Shown: positions 9,476 through 20,026, counted from the stretch's first letter. The stretch is 64,000 nucleotides of DNA from Vulcanimicrobiota bacterium (GCA_050250895.1 JBFWNU010000002.1:599659-663658), one strand, 5' to 3'. Numbers and translations: made by a program. The notes: generated by a model from the sequence alone, not told the origin.

Positions 9476-9849
9476 AAGCCGAAAGCAGAGCAATCCTGGA
9501 AGAACTCTCCTTTCCCGCCCTGGTGCCGAATTGGCTTCCCGACGGCCTGGGCGAGCCCAGCCTGCGCTGCGACTCGGACAGCTATCTGTTGAGCTGGTCG
9601 GGCCCCGGCCTGGCCGTCAAAGTTCAGGGCACCTGTGGGGGGGTCGGCGACTTTCCCCCGGGTGAGCGCCGCTTCACTTTCTCGAGCGCCCTTTTCGGCG
9701 AGGCCGTACTCGAGATCGACGACAACGAGATCACCACCCAGTGGCTCTCTGAGGTCGAAGGCGAGTTCCCGGCCTACAACGTCTCGGCCATCGGCCTCTC
9801 GCCCGACCAGGTGATCTCGGTGGTGAACTCCCTGGCTGCGCTCGGGTAA
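9472..9849 (+). CDS. small acidic hypothetical protein
   Basis: ATGA overlap with the upstream stop codon; 125 aa from [12 protein letters not shown]. Confidence 0.6.
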   Translation: MKAESRAILEELSFPALVPNWLPDGLGEPSLRCDSDSYLLSWSGPGLAVKVQGTCGGVGDFPPGERRFTFSSALFGEAVLEIDDNEITTQWLSEVEGEFPAYNVSAIGLSPDQVISVVNSLAALG

Positions 9850-9991
9850 GGAGCGCTCGCGGAAAGGAGCGGCCCTGCGGGCGAGGAGCGCTCGCTTCGC
9901 TCACGGGAGAAGGAGCGGCCTTCGGCCGGGATAAGGAGCGCCGGCTCCTTTCTCGGCGGCACGCCGCTCCCTGTCGACGCGATAGCGTCGA
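9850..9991. repeat. mini copy of the bipolar GCTCC/GNA-hairpin element
   Basis: contains GCTCGCTTCGCTCACGGGAGAAGGAGC, GGCC-TTC-GGCC-GGGATAA and GCTCCCTG-TCGACGC-GATA-GCGTCGA, as in the 53-57 kb arrays. Confidence 0.8.
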
Positions 9992-10028
9992 AGAAGGGGT
10001 CGGTCCCGGCGGGGTAAAAGGCTGGCCG

Positions 10029-11516
10029 ATGAGTTTCATCCTGGCCCTCGATCAGGGCACCACCAGCAGTCGAGCGATTCTTTTCGACCACTCCGGCAAG
10101 GTTTGCGGAGTGGCTCAGAAAGAGTTCGAGCAGATCTTTCCCAAACCGGGCTGGGTCGAGCATCGGCCCGACGAGATCTGGTCATCGCAGCTGCAGGTGG
10201 CGATTGCCGTGCTTGCCCAGAACGATGTCGACCCGAAGGCGGTCAAGGCCATCGGCATCACCAACCAGCGCGAGACCACCGTGGTCTGGGACCGGCGTAG
10301 CGGCAAGGCTTTGACTAACGCTATCGTGTGGCAGGATCGGCGCACCTCCGAGTTCTGCGACAAGCTGCGGGCTGACGGTCGGGCCGAGGATATTCGGGCA
10401 CGGACCGGGCTCGAGATCGATGCCTATTTCTCGGGCAGCAAGCTGGCTTGGATCCTGGCTAACGTCGAGGGGGCCCGGCGTTTGGCCGAGGCCGGCCATC
10501 TGGCTTTCGGCACGGTCGATAGCTGGCTGGTCTACAAGTTGACGGCGGGCCGGGTGCATGTGACCGATGTCAGCAATGCCTCGCGCACCATGCTCTATAA
10601 TCTGGCCGAAGGCCGCTGGGATCCGACTCTGCTCGAGTTGTTCGACATCCCCGAGAGTGTCTTGCCCGAGGTCAGGGCCTCGAGCGAGGTCTATGGCGAA
10701 ACCGACAGCGGTATCTTTCCCCGCTCGATTCCGCTGGCCGGCATCGCCGGCGATCAGCAGGCGGCCCTGTTCGGGCAGCTTTGCACCCGTCGAGGCCTTT
10801 CCAAGAATACCTACGGCACCGGTTGCTTTATGCTCCTCAACGTGGGAGACGAGCCGGTCCCCTCCAAGCATCGCCTGCTGACGACGGCCGCCTGGCGGCT
10901 GGGCGAGCGCACCGAGTATGCCCTCGAAGGCAGCGTCTTTGTGGCCGGAGCCGTGGTCCAGTGGTTGCGAGACGGGCTGGGCCTCATCCGCTCGGCAGGC
11001 GAGGTCGAAGAGTTGGCCGGGCGGGTCGAGTCGACTGATGGGGTCTTTCTGGTGCCGGCCTTCGCCGGCCTGGGGGCTCCTCACTGGGACCAGTACGCCA
11101 GGGGCACCCTGGTGGGAATGACGCGCGGGACCACCGGCGCTCATATCGCTCGGGCTGCCCTCGAGGGGATCGCCTTTCAGGTGGCCGACGTGCTCGAGGC
11201 CATGCGAGCCGACTCGGGGCTCGACCTGGTCGAACTGCGCGTCGACGGTGGAGCCTCGGCCAACAATCTGCTGATGCAGATTCAGGCCGACCTTTTGGGC
11301 GTGCCCACGGTGCGACCCAAAGTCACCGAAACCACCGCCCTGGGAGCGGCCTACCTGGCCGGTCTGGCGGTCGATTTCTGGAAGAGCACCGACGAGCTGA
11401 CCGACCAGTGGCAGGTCGACCGGCGCTTTGAACCCCGCCTTTCGGCCGATGAGGTGAGCGCACGACGGGCCCGCTGGGCCCGGGCGCTCGAGCGGGCCAA
11501 GAGCTGGGAACAATGA
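10029..11516 (+). CDS. glpK: glycerol kinase
   Basis: [34 protein letters not shown] and KNTYGTG motifs. Confidence 0.97.
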   Translation: MSFILALDQGTTSSRAILFDHSGKVCGVAQKEFEQIFPKPGWVEHRPDEIWSSQLQVAIAVLAQNDVDPKAVKAIGITNQRETTVVWDRRSGKALTNAIVWQDRRTSEFCDKLRADGRAEDIRARTGLEIDAYFSGSKLAWILANVEGARRLAEAGHLAFGTVDSWLVYKLTAGRVHVTDVSNASRTMLYNLAEGRWDPTLLELFDIPESVLPEVRASSEVYGETDSGIFPRSIPLAGIAGDQQAALFGQLCTRRGLSKNTYGTGCFMLLNVGDEPVPSKHRLLTTAAWRLGERTEYALEGSVFVAGAVVQWLRDGLGLIRSAGEVEELAGRVESTDGVFLVPAFAGLGAPHWDQYARGTLVGMTRGTTGAHIARAALEGIAFQVADVLEAMRADSGLDLVELRVDGGASANNLLMQIQADLLGVPTVRPKVTETTALGAAYLAGLAVDFWKSTDELTDQWQVDRRFEPRLSADEVSARRARWARALERAKSWEQ

Positions 11517-13045
11517 AGCGCGAGAGCTTGCTGGCACGCCTTGGCTCGACCCCCGTCTGGGACATGATCTTCATCGGCGGGGGAGCCACCGGGGTGGGAG
11601 CGGCCGTGGATGCGGCCGCCCGCGGCTATACGGTGCTTTTGCTCGAACAGTCGGACTTCGGCAAAGGCACCAGCAGCCGCAGCACCAAGCTGGTGCATGG
11701 TGGCGTGCGCTACCTCGAGCAGGGCAACGTCAGCCTGGTGATGGAGGCGCTGCGCGAGCGCGGGCTCTTGCTTAAGAACGCACCCCATCTGGTGGGAGAC
11801 CTGCAGTTCGTGGTGCCCAACTATACCTGGTGGGAAGGGCCCTATTTCGGTCTCGGGCTCAAGGTCTATGACCTGCTCTCGGGCCGCCACAGCTTCGGAG
11901 CCAGTCGTTGGCTGGGCAAGGCCGACACCATGGCCCACCTGCCCACCATCAAGACCGAAGGTCTGCGCGGCGGGGTGCTCTATCACGATGGCCAGTTCAA
12001 CGACTCGCGCCTGTTGGTGAACCTGGTCCAAACCGGGCTCGAAAAACAGGCGGTGACCCTCAACTACTGCCGGGTGACCGCGTTGCTCAAAGACGCCCAG
12101 GGTCTGGTCGAGGGCGTCACAGCGATCGACCTGGAAAACGACGCCTCCTTTCAGGCTCGGGCCCGGGTAGTGATCAACTGCACCGGACCCTTTACCGACG
12201 AGCTCCGTCAACTGGACCAGCCCGAGTCGCGTCCCATCATCTCGCCCAGCACCGGGGTCCATGTGGTTCTCGACCGTCGCTTTCTGCCCACCGAGACGGG
12301 CTTGATGGTGCCCCGCACCAAAGACGGTCGGGTGTTGTTCGCCATCCCCTGGAACAACTCGGCTCTGTTGGGCACCACCGATCAAGCCGTCGATGCGGCC
12401 AAGCTCGAGCCCGAAGTGACCCGGGCCGAGGTCGACTTCATTCTCGAGACGGCCCGCGGGTATCTAGCCGAGCCGCCCGGTCTCGAGGATGTCCGGAGTG
12501 TCTTCAGCGGCATCCGTCCCCTGGTCAAGGCCGACAAGGAGTCCACTTCGGCCCTTTCTCGTGATCACACGATCGCTATTTCCAAGAGCGGGCTCATCAC
12601 CATCTGCGGCGGCAAGTGGACTACCTATCGCAAGATGGCCGAAGACGTCGTCGACCGGGCCGAGCTGGTGGGCGGATTTGCTCATCGGCCATGCGTGACC
12701 GAGAACTTGATGGTGCACGGTGGAGGTCGCTCGGATACCGTTTATGGCAGCGATCAAGCACTGATCGATGAGCTAGGGCTGGGCGAGCAGCTCCACCCCA
12801 AGCTCGATCTTACTGCTGGCCAGGTGGTCTGGGCCGTCCGTCACGAACTGGCCCGGACCGTCGAAGACGTGTTGTCGCGGCGGGTGCGCGCGCTTTTGTT
12901 CGACGCCGCCGCGGCCGTCGAGGCGGCCCCGCGGGTGGCCGAGCTGATGGCCGACGAGTTGGGCTTTGACCAGTCCTGGCGTGAGCGGCAGTGCCGCCAG
13001 TTCCAAGAGTTGGCCAGAGGCTATCAGGCGGCCTCGCTCTATTGA
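11513..13045 (+). CDS. glpD: FAD-dependent glycerol-3-phosphate dehydrogenase
   Basis: [23 protein letters not shown] and GGKWTTYR motifs; coupled to glpK. Confidence 0.95.
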   Translation: MKRESLLARLGSTPVWDMIFIGGGATGVGAAVDAAARGYTVLLLEQSDFGKGTSSRSTKLVHGGVRYLEQGNVSLVMEALRERGLLLKNAPHLVGDLQFVVPNYTWWEGPYFGLGLKVYDLLSGRHSFGASRWLGKADTMAHLPTIKTEGLRGGVLYHDGQFNDSRLLVNLVQTGLEKQAVTLNYCRVTALLKDAQGLVEGVTAIDLENDASFQARARVVINCTGPFTDELRQLDQPESRPIISPSTGVHVVLDRRFLPTETGLMVPRTKDGRVLFAIPWNNSALLGTTDQAVDAAKLEPEVTRAEVDFILETARGYLAEPPGLEDVRSVFSGIRPLVKADKESTSALSRDHTIAISKSGLITICGGKWTTYRKMAEDVVDRAELVGGFAHRPCVTENLMVHGGGRSDTVYGSDQALIDELGLGEQLHPKLDLTAGQVVWAVRHELARTVEDVLSRRVRALLFDAAAAVEAAPRVAELMADELGFDQSWRERQCRQFQELARGYQAASLY

Positions 13046-13050
13046 GAGTT

Positions 13051-13067
13051 GTAACAGGCTATTAACA
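13051..13067 (+). promoter_or_regulatory. 11-bp-period box GTAACA-N5-TTAACA
   Basis: AT-rich tandem half-sites 54 nt upstream of ATG 13122; same pattern recurs at other loci. Confidence 0.5.
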
Positions 13068-13121
13068 TCCCGCCGGCTGTGTCCAAGGCCAACCAAAAAG
13101 TGAGTATGGCATGCTGAGGCT

Positions 13122-14156
13122 ATGCTCAGTCCATTAGGCGGTATCGACCGCGCTCAGTTCAACAACCTCGGTTTTTCCGGGGTCCCCAATCCGGGAGCAG
13201 GACCCGGTGGCATTCCCGACCTCTCTAGCCTTTCCCCTGAAGCCCTCAACGGTGGGGCAGGCGACGCCGAGCTGCTGCAGCAGCTTATGCAAGCGTTCGG
13301 GCAACAACCCCAGGACCCGGTCCAGCAGCTCCAGCAAGAGATTGCCAGGACCGAGCAGCAACTCCAGCAAGCGCAGGCTGCAGGCGATCAACAAGCAGTA
13401 ACTCAACTAACTCAGAAGCTCGAGCAACTCAAGGCCCAACTGGCTCAGCTTACTGGCCAGGGACAGGATCAGGGCGGCGGTTCTCCCGAGGCTGGTGGGG
13501 CGCCCGCGGGCGGTGCTCCGTCGGGTGGTTCTCCCTCGCCCTCGGGTGGCGCGCCCAGTGGAGGGTCGCCCGCTGGGGGCTCGCCTTCGGGAGGAGCACC
13601 CTCGGGAGGGGCCCCCTCGGGTGGCTCTCCGGCCGGCAGGGCGTCTTCCGCCACACCCAGCGGTCAGAGCGGCCCAACTCCTGACATTCCGCAGGTCCCC
13701 CCCGAGCTGGCCGGCGACGACAAGAAGCTGGCCGAGTTCATCGAAGGCAAACTGGCGGGCTCACCCCTGGCCGGGCGAGGTCTGGGGTCCCATTTCGTAG
13801 CCGCCGGCCGCCAGCACGATGTGGATCCCCTGGTGTTGATGGCCATCAGTCGCCACGAGACGAACTTCGGTCGTCTCGGCGTGGGCGTCAACAAGCACAT
13901 GGGGGTGGGAGCCTACGACAGCAGTCCCAACGCCCCCCGACGCTGGGATGGGGCGGTCAACCAGATCTACTCGGGAGCCCGGACGTTCGCTAACCTGAGG
14001 CGTCGTTTCGGTTCGAACTCGAGGGCCCCCCTGGCCCAGCAACTGGCCGCCGTCAACGGCGGCGGGCGCGGCTGGGCCACCGACCGAGGCTGGCATCGCA
14101 AGGTGGCCGGCACCTACTCCAATCTGGCCGGCGGCAGCAACCGGCGCTACGCCTAG
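13122..14156 (+). CDS. harpin-like Gln/Gly-rich protein with a C-terminal lysozyme-like (glucosaminidase-type) domain
   Basis: Q-rich coiled coil, (GGAPS/GGSPA)n linker, then VDP.VLMAISRHETNFG and WATD..W. Confidence 0.65.
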   Translation: MLSPLGGIDRAQFNNLGFSGVPNPGAGPGGIPDLSSLSPEALNGGAGDAELLQQLMQAFGQQPQDPVQQLQQEIARTEQQLQQAQAAGDQQAVTQLTQKLEQLKAQLAQLTGQGQDQGGGSPEAGGAPAGGAPSGGSPSPSGGAPSGGSPAGGSPSGGAPSGGAPSGGSPAGRASSATPSGQSGPTPDIPQVPPELAGDDKKLAEFIEGKLAGSPLAGRGLGSHFVAAGRQHDVDPLVLMAISRHETNFGRLGVGVNKHMGVGAYDSSPNAPRRWDGAVNQIYSGARTFANLRRRFGSNSRAPLAQQLAAVNGGGRGWATDRGWHRKVAGTYSNLAGGSNRRYA

Positions 14157-14202
14157 CAGGGAGCGTCGACCGGGTCGGCGAGAAGGAACTCTGGTTCGCT
14201 CC

Positions 14203-15600
14203 TCACTCGTCGAGAGGCGGAAGTTCGCGGCGAGGGGGCGGGGTGGGAAAGGCCGATCGCAGGCGCTGCCCGTCGAGTGGCCGACTGGCGGGTGGTGGTG
14301 GCGGCGCTGGTGGGGGCGGAGGCGTCGGTGGCGGCGGGGGAGCCAGTTCGGGTTCTGGAGCGCGCGAGCGAGGGGCCGGGAGGTCCAACTCGAGATTCAG
14401 CTCAGGCACATTCCTGGGGGGCGGCGGCAAAGGCCGTCCCTGGGGTGACTGGGTGGGCTCGCTCGGTCTTGCGATGCGACGATCGGCTAGAGAGCCTCGG
14501 CCTGGCGGCGAAGGCAAGCTGAACTCTGGTGTCTCGGGAGCCGGCTCGCGGGCGGGGGGAGCAGGTAACTCGTCAAGTTCTGGCACCGGCGGTGGGGGAG
14601 GAGCCGCCTTGGGGGGGGCCGGGGGAGGGCTGGCCGGCGGTGGCGGTGCTGAAGTTGCGCTCGGCGGACGACCGATCTGGGGTCGAGCGGGCTTGGGCGG
14701 AGCGACCGGAGGCGACTCTTGAGGTGCAGGCTGGGATCGTTGGGGGCGGTTGGCGAGGGTGGGCGCGTTGGCTGCCGGAGGGGGGGCCAGGTACTCCTCT
14801 TCCAGTTCTTGCATCTGGTCGGCTACCTCTTCGGGGGCGAACTTCTCTTTCTTGTCCTCTTCAGCCATGTGCTCGAGGCTGGAGCCGACCTTCAGCTCTT
14901 CATAGCGCTGGCGCAGCTTCTTGCGCTCGGCTTCGTAGTCGTATTTGATCAGTTTCTCGATGAAGGGCTTCAGGCGTGTGTTTTTGGCAAAGTCGGCAAA
15001 GCTGACGGCAAACTGCATGAAACTCAGATGGAAGGACTGCCGCGATTCCTTCCTGCCCTCGTGATTGGCCAGGATCTCTCTCCACTTGGCGTCGGCGTCG
15101 TCTTCCAGGCGCCGCGCCAGCCGGCAGAGATCGAGGTGGAGTTCGTCGCTCATCACCGGTTTGTGGTCAGATAAGACCACGGCCCGCTGTCCCAGTTCTT
15201 TGGAAAGCTCCTGCACCTCGACCTTGAAGCCCGAGAGGTTGCGGTTGACGATCATTTTGAAGATCTGCTTCTTGAGTCCGAATTCGGCTTTCTTGCTGGC
15301 CTTGGTGAGCTTGGACTTGACCTTCTGTTTGCCTTCGCCCTCGGGTGGGGCCAAGAGTTCGTTTTCTTCGCCAAAGGTCTCGCGTCGAAGATCGTCCTCC
15401 ATGGCCAGACGGGCTTCGCGGGCCTGCTTGAAAGTGTCAGAAATGCGGCGGCAGATTTCGAGGGTGGACTCGTCAGCGATTTTGCCCTTGGAAAACCCCT
15501 GGTAGACCTGCTTGCCAATGCGCGCCAGGGTCTTCTCGTGCTCGCTGGTCAGACAGATCCACTCGTTAAAGAGTATGGTTGAGACCCGGGATTCTTTCAT
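14203..15600 (-). CDS. hypothetical protein, helical N-terminus and long Pro-rich C-terminus
   Basis: 465-aa ORF; coiled-coil-like charged N-half and poly-Pro tail. Confidence 0.75.
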   Translation of the reverse strand: MKESRVSTILFNEWICLTSEHEKTLARIGKQVYQGFSKGKIADESTLEICRRISDTFKQAREARLAMEDDLRRETFGEENELLAPPEGEGKQKVKSKLTKASKKAEFGLKKQIFKMIVNRNLSGFKVEVQELSKELGQRAVVLSDHKPVMSDELHLDLCRLARRLEDDADAKWREILANHEGRKESRQSFHLSFMQFAVSFADFAKNTRLKPFIEKLIKYDYEAERKKLRQRYEELKVGSSLEHMAEEDKKEKFAPEEVADQMQELEEEYLAPPPAANAPTLANRPQRSQPAPQESPPVAPPKPARPQIGRPPSATSAPPPPASPPPAPPKAAPPPPPVPELDELPAPPAREPAPETPEFSLPSPPGRGSLADRRIARPSEPTQSPQGRPLPPPPRNVPELNLELDLPAPRSRAPEPELAPPPPPTPPPPPAPPPPPASRPLDGQRLRSAFPTPPPRRELPPLDE

Positions 15601-15674
15601 GCCGTTCCCATAGACTTTCTCTCCGCGAAATAACCCCCCTGCTATTATGCCCCGGGGTCGCTGGGGTGGGTCAC

Positions 15675-17630
15675 TCAGGCCTTGACTTCGACACCGCCGA
15701 ACAACTGCCCTAGAGCAGTTCTAAAAGCGCTCAGAGTGAACGGCTTGAAGACGACCGCATCCACGCTGGGGCTCTGCGATTCGGATCCGAAGCCGCAGAG
15801 CAGGAGAATGGAAGTGTCCGGATATTGGGCTTTGACTCGCTCGGCCAGCAGTTCTCCGCCGGTGTCTGGCAGGATCGACGAGAGCACCACCAGGTCGAAG
15901 CCCTCGGGTAAGAGTTGCAAGGCTTGCGAACCTTTGTCGGCCGTGAGCACGACATGGCCGTCACCCTGCAGATAGGTGCTGAGGACCTTGCGCACCAGCG
16001 GTTCTTCCTCCACCACCAGCACCTTGAGTGGCCGTTGCTCGAACTGGGCCTCGGCGGCCGGGTCGCATTCCTGGCTAGGAGCCACGTACTCTTTGGGAAA
16101 AGAGAGTAAAAAGGTCGTGCCTTCTCCGTAGCGGCTGTCGATGGTGACCTCTCCGAGGTGTCGTCGAATAATCCCGTAGACCATCGACAGGCCCATGCCG
16201 GTGCCCTTTTGACCTTTGGTGGTGAAGAAGGGCTCGAGGCAACGCTGACGGGTTTCTTCGCTCATTCCGGTGCCGGTGTCGCCCACCCGCAGTACTACCC
16301 GGTCCTCTTCGAGGCTGGTCTGGAAGGTCAGGGTGCCTCCCTCGGGCATGGCGTCGACGGCGTTGAAGGTGAGATTGGTCAGAGCCTGACGCAATTCGGC
16401 CTCGTCTCCAAAGATGAAGCTGTCTTCGGCCAGTTCGGTGTTGATCTGGATCACTCTGCCGTCGGCTCGAGCCTGACCCTTCCACTTGGGCTGGGTCAAG
16501 GAAATGGTCTGCTCCACCACCCGGGCCAGGTTGACCTGGGCGAAAGCTTCGTTCTTCTCGCGGTTGCGATAGAACTCTCCGAGGCGCTCGACAATCCCGC
16601 CGGCATCCTGGGCGGCGGTGTTGATCATCTGCAGAAACTCGACAGTCTGCTCGCGGTCTTCGAGTAGATCGGGATACATCAGCAGCGTCTCGGAGAAGCC
16701 CAGGATTGAAGACAGCGCGTTGTTGAAGTCGTGGACGATGCCGCTAGCCATCTCGCCCAGCGCCCTCAAGCGCTCTTGACGCACCACCTGAGCCTGAGTC
16801 TGGCGAAGCTCGTCGAGGGCGTTTTCCAGGCGAACGTTGGACTGGCGCAGGGCCTCCTCGGCCAGTTGTCGCTCGGTGACATCGCGGCTGTTGACCACCA
16901 CCCCGGTCCCGAAGGCGTCCAGCCGCTTGCCCATGGCTTCGAGCACCCGCCAGCGACCGTCGAGGTGGCGGTGACGAAAGGAGACCGTCTTGGACAGTCC
17001 CGGGGTGGTGAACATCTCTTCGCCCAATTGCCGCAGTCGCGGTCGGTCTTCTTCGTGGACAAATTCGAGAAAGGACTTCCCGAGGGAACTCTCGGGCGAG
17101 TAGCCGAGCACGGTTCTCAGGGATGGGCTGACGTAGACGATGTTGAGGTCCTGGTCGATGACGGTGATGATGTCGAGGGCGTTCTCGATGAGGGCTCGAA
17201 AACGGCGCTCGTTTTCGGCTACCAGTTGTTCGGCCTGGCGGCGGGCTTGACGTCCTTCATACTCACGAAGCTCACGTCGGATGGCGGGAACCAGACGACT
17301 ATAGTTGCCTTTGACCAGAAAGTCATGGGCGCCGGCCCGCATGGCGGCCACGGCCGTGTCCTCGCCAACCGTTCCACTAACGATGAGGAAAGGAAGGTCG
17401 CAGCCGAGTTCTTTGTAGATTTCCAGCGCGGCCGGAGCGCTAAAGGCAGGCATGCGATAGTCAGACACGATCAGTTGCCAAGCGCCGTGGGTTAGCTCTC
17501 GGCGCATAGCCTCGCCCGTCTCGATGCGCGTGTGCTGGACCTTGAAGCCGCCCTTCTTGAGCTCGCGCAACAGCAGGAACTCGTCTTCGGGCGAGTCTTC
17601 CAGCAGCAACAGCCGAAGGACCTCGCTCAT
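15675..17630 (-). CDS. hybrid sensor histidine kinase (REC-PAS-HisKA-HATPase-REC)
   Basis: IVSDYRMP receiver, PAS, HDFNN H-box, NAVDAM, DTGTGM and GTGMGL motifs. Confidence 0.93.
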   Translation of the reverse strand: MSEVLRLLLLEDSPEDEFLLLRELKKGGFKVQHTRIETGEAMRRELTHGAWQLIVSDYRMPAFSAPAALEIYKELGCDLPFLIVSGTVGEDTAVAAMRAGAHDFLVKGNYSRLVPAIRRELREYEGRQARRQAEQLVAENERRFRALIENALDIITVIDQDLNIVYVSPSLRTVLGYSPESSLGKSFLEFVHEEDRPRLRQLGEEMFTTPGLSKTVSFRHRHLDGRWRVLEAMGKRLDAFGTGVVVNSRDVTERQLAEEALRQSNVRLENALDELRQTQAQVVRQERLRALGEMASGIVHDFNNALSSILGFSETLLMYPDLLEDREQTVEFLQMINTAAQDAGGIVERLGEFYRNREKNEAFAQVNLARVVEQTISLTQPKWKGQARADGRVIQINTELAEDSFIFGDEAELRQALTNLTFNAVDAMPEGGTLTFQTSLEEDRVVLRVGDTGTGMSEETRQRCLEPFFTTKGQKGTGMGLSMVYGIIRRHLGEVTIDSRYGEGTTFLLSFPKEYVAPSQECDPAAEAQFEQRPLKVLVVEEEPLVRKVLSTYLQGDGHVVLTADKGSQALQLLPEGFDLVVLSSILPDTGGELLAERVKAQYPDTSILLLCGFGSESQSPSVDAVVFKPFTLSAFRTALGQLFGGVEVKA

Positions 17631-17632
17631 TG

Positions 17633-18055
17633 CTAGGGCTTCCTCGGCGGTGGTTGGTTGGTGTCCAGCCAGTACTCTCCTAGTTGACGGATCACCTCGG
17701 CGAACTCACGAAAGTCGATGGGCTTAGCGATGTAGCTGTTGCATCCCAGGCTGTAGCCCTCGGCCAGGTCGCGGTCTTGTTTGGAAGAGGTGAGGATCAC
17801 GACCGGAATCAGGCGGGTGCGCTCCTCGGCGCGGATGCGCTTGAGCACTTCAAAGCCATTGAGCTTGGGGAGCTTGAGGTCGAGCAGGATCAGATTGGGA
17901 GACAACTCACCATCAAACAAGACATGGCAGGCTTCCTCGCCATCTCGGGCCACCTCGACGCGGCTGCGCGGAACACCCTTCTTGAGGGCCCGCCTGGCCA
18001 GAGCTTCGTCGTCGGGATTGTCCTCGACCAGCAGGATCAGTCTCTCATCTGACAC
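17633..18055 (-). CDS. single-domain response regulator (Rcp1-like)
   Basis: LLVEDNPDD, LLDLKLPK, LTSS and NSYIAKP motifs. Confidence 0.93.
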   Translation of the reverse strand: MSDERLILLVEDNPDDEALARRALKKGVPRSRVEVARDGEEACHVLFDGELSPNLILLDLKLPKLNGFEVLKRIRAEERTRLIPVVILTSSKQDRDLAEGYSLGCNSYIAKPIDFREFAEVIRQLGEYWLDTNQPPPRKP

Positions 18056-18070
18056 ACCTGAGAGCTTCCT

Positions 18071-19279
18071 TCAAGGCGTGGGAGATTTCCTCTGTGCTTG
18101 GAGTTCTTTTTCCAGCAGAAGTTGATTTTCGCGCGCCGCTTCGAGGTCCTGGCGAGAGAGACCACCCATCTCATAGAGATTTTCCAGGGTTTTGAGTCGT
18201 TGCCTGCCCTGGCTTACATCACTTTCGAGGGCTGCCAGCCTGTCTCGCCGCGTCTGGCCGTTCTCTTTCTTGTATTTCTCGACGGCGGTCTTGAGCGAGG
18301 AGTCTTTGGCCACCCAGCGATTAACAAAAGCGTCGACATCCTTCCAGCTATAGCCTTCGCGTCGGGCCAGCCCTTCCAGGGACTGCAAGCGACTGGCGGC
18401 GGCCGATTTCTGCTGCTGCAGGCGCTTGAGAGCAGAGGGATCGGCCTTCTTGAGCAGGCGCATCCGCTCTTTGGCGTCGGCCAGTTCCTGGTGTGTCTCT
18501 TCTACCTTGCGCCGTGAGACCAGGCCACGCTGCTCGTAATCGGTCATCAGCTTGAGAGCCTCTTCCAGGCTCGGGATCTTGCGCTTGAGCTGTTCGCTTT
18601 CGAGCTTGTTGCGGGCAATCAGGCTCTGGTGTTGCCAGATGTCTTGCTCGACCATCTCGACGCTGTTCTTGGCCACCAGCCAGCTCACCAGGATCGACTC
18701 GCGGCCGGCCGGTGCCCAGCTCGGGACTCCGTCGCTTTGACCTTCGCCGAAGGGCACGTAGCGACCGGTAGCGTCTTGCATCTTGACATCGACATGGTCT
18801 CGCACTACCAGTCCAACGGTTTCTCCGACCTCGATGGTAGTGCCCACCGAGACGGTGGGGTCGAGGTGGCCATAGGTGACGCTGGTGCCGTCCGGAGAGG
18901 TGACGGTGACGCCGTACTCGGGCCCAGACCAGTTGGCCACCGAGCTCACCCTGCCGCCCCAACCGGCCGCCACCGGCGTTCCCGCTGGGAGCGCGATGTC
19001 ATAACCCAGGTGGAGTCCGGCCGCGCGCCGGTAGATCGAGGTGGTGCGCCAGTCATAGAAGGTGCCCGAGACCCAGGCCTGGGGCCAATGGCGCCGCTGC
19101 AGAGCGACGAGTTCGGGCAAGCCGATGTTCTGGTTGGGCTGAACCACCCCGTAGACCTGCTTGAGTTGCTCGACCACAGCCGGGACGCTACTGGTGGTCA
19201 CCTCGGCCGCGACGGGGGCGGCCAGGGCCGCCAGCAAACCTAGAGCTATGAGCCTTTGTCTATACACGTAATCGATCAA
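18071..19279 (-). CDS. secreted M23-family metallopeptidase with a coiled-coil C-terminus
   Basis: signal peptide; HLGYD and YGHL motifs; second Zn motif reads HVD; exact start uncertain. Confidence 0.75.
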   Translation of the reverse strand: MIDYVYRQRLIALGLLAALAAPVAAEVTTSSVPAVVEQLKQVYGVVQPNQNIGLPELVALQRRHWPQAWVSGTFYDWRTTSIYRRAAGLHLGYDIALPAGTPVAAGWGGRVSSVANWSGPEYGVTVTSPDGTSVTYGHLDPTVSVGTTIEVGETVGLVVRDHVDVKMQDATGRYVPFGEGQSDGVPSWAPAGRESILVSWLVAKNSVEMVEQDIWQHQSLIARNKLESEQLKRKIPSLEEALKLMTDYEQRGLVSRRKVEETHQELADAKERMRLLKKADPSALKRLQQQKSAAASRLQSLEGLARREGYSWKDVDAFVNRWVAKDSSLKTAVEKYKKENGQTRRDRLAALESDVSQGRQRLKTLENLYEMGGLSRQDLEAARENQLLLEKELQAQRKSPTP

Positions 19280-19426
19280 TCGGCCGGGAGGCAGAAAAGT
19301 TTCTTTAAGGACCTAAGTAATTCTGGAGGAGGGCACCCTTTTCCCTGCCGGCAGGTCTGAACTTGCCTCCCAACGAAAGCGCGCTCACCAGAATATTCAC
19401 CGCCCAGGCGGTTTACGGAGAATCTA

Positions 19427-20026
19427 ATGTATCGCAATACACTCGTGCCAATGGTCGTAGAGCAGACCGCCAGGGGAGAGCGCGCCTACGACATCTACTC
19501 GCGTCTTTTGAAGAATCGGATCATCTTCGTGGGTGAAGCGATCGAGGATTCGGTAGCCAACCTGGTAATCGCCCAGTTGCTCTACCTCGAGCAAGAAGAC
19601 CCCGACAAGGACATTGACCTGTATATCAATAGTCCGGGTGGGTCGGTCACGGCGGGTCTCGCCATGTACGATTGTATGCAACTGGTCAAGCCTGACGTTT
19701 CTTGCATCTGTATGGGCATGGCCGCCAGCGCCGCGGCCGTGCTGTTGGCCGGCGGCGCCGCCGGCAAGCGCTACGCCCTGCCATACAGTCGCATCATGAT
19801 CCACCAGCCCTGGATCGGCAGCATCGGCGGTCAAGCCACCGACATCGATATCCACGCCCGTCAGATTCTCAAGACCCGCGAGACCCTCAACAAGATTCTG
19901 GCCGACCATACCGGCCAGGAGCTGGCCAAGGTCGAGCGCGACACCGAGCGCGACTATTACATGACCGCCGAAGAAGCCAAAGAGTACGGTATCATCGACG
20001 AGGTCATCACCTCTGAATCCCGCTAG
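19427..20026 (+). CDS. clpP: ATP-dependent Clp protease proteolytic subunit
   Basis: [18 protein letters not shown] and IMIHQP motifs. Confidence 0.97.
   Translation: MYRNTLVPMVVEQTARGERAYDIYSRLLKNRIIFVGEAIEDSVANLVIAQLLYLEQEDPDKDIDLYINSPGGSVTAGLAMYDCMQLVKPDVSCICMGMAASAAAVLLAGGAAGKRYALPYSRIMIHQPWIGSIGGQATDIDIHARQILKTRETLNKILADHTGQELAKVERDTERDYYMTAEEAKEYGIIDEVITSESR

Noticed and set aside
10182-12385. Long antisense ORFs opposite glpK/glpD, and similar ones opposite mrdA, hemE, M13 and others
   Set aside because: Shadow ORFs expected from high-GC codon bias, with no protein motifs
14157-14202. Another copy of the GCTCC element
   Set aside because: Only GGAGCG...CGCTCC ends and a GAGAAGGA word match; too degenerate to call, and may be a simple hairpin between convergent genes
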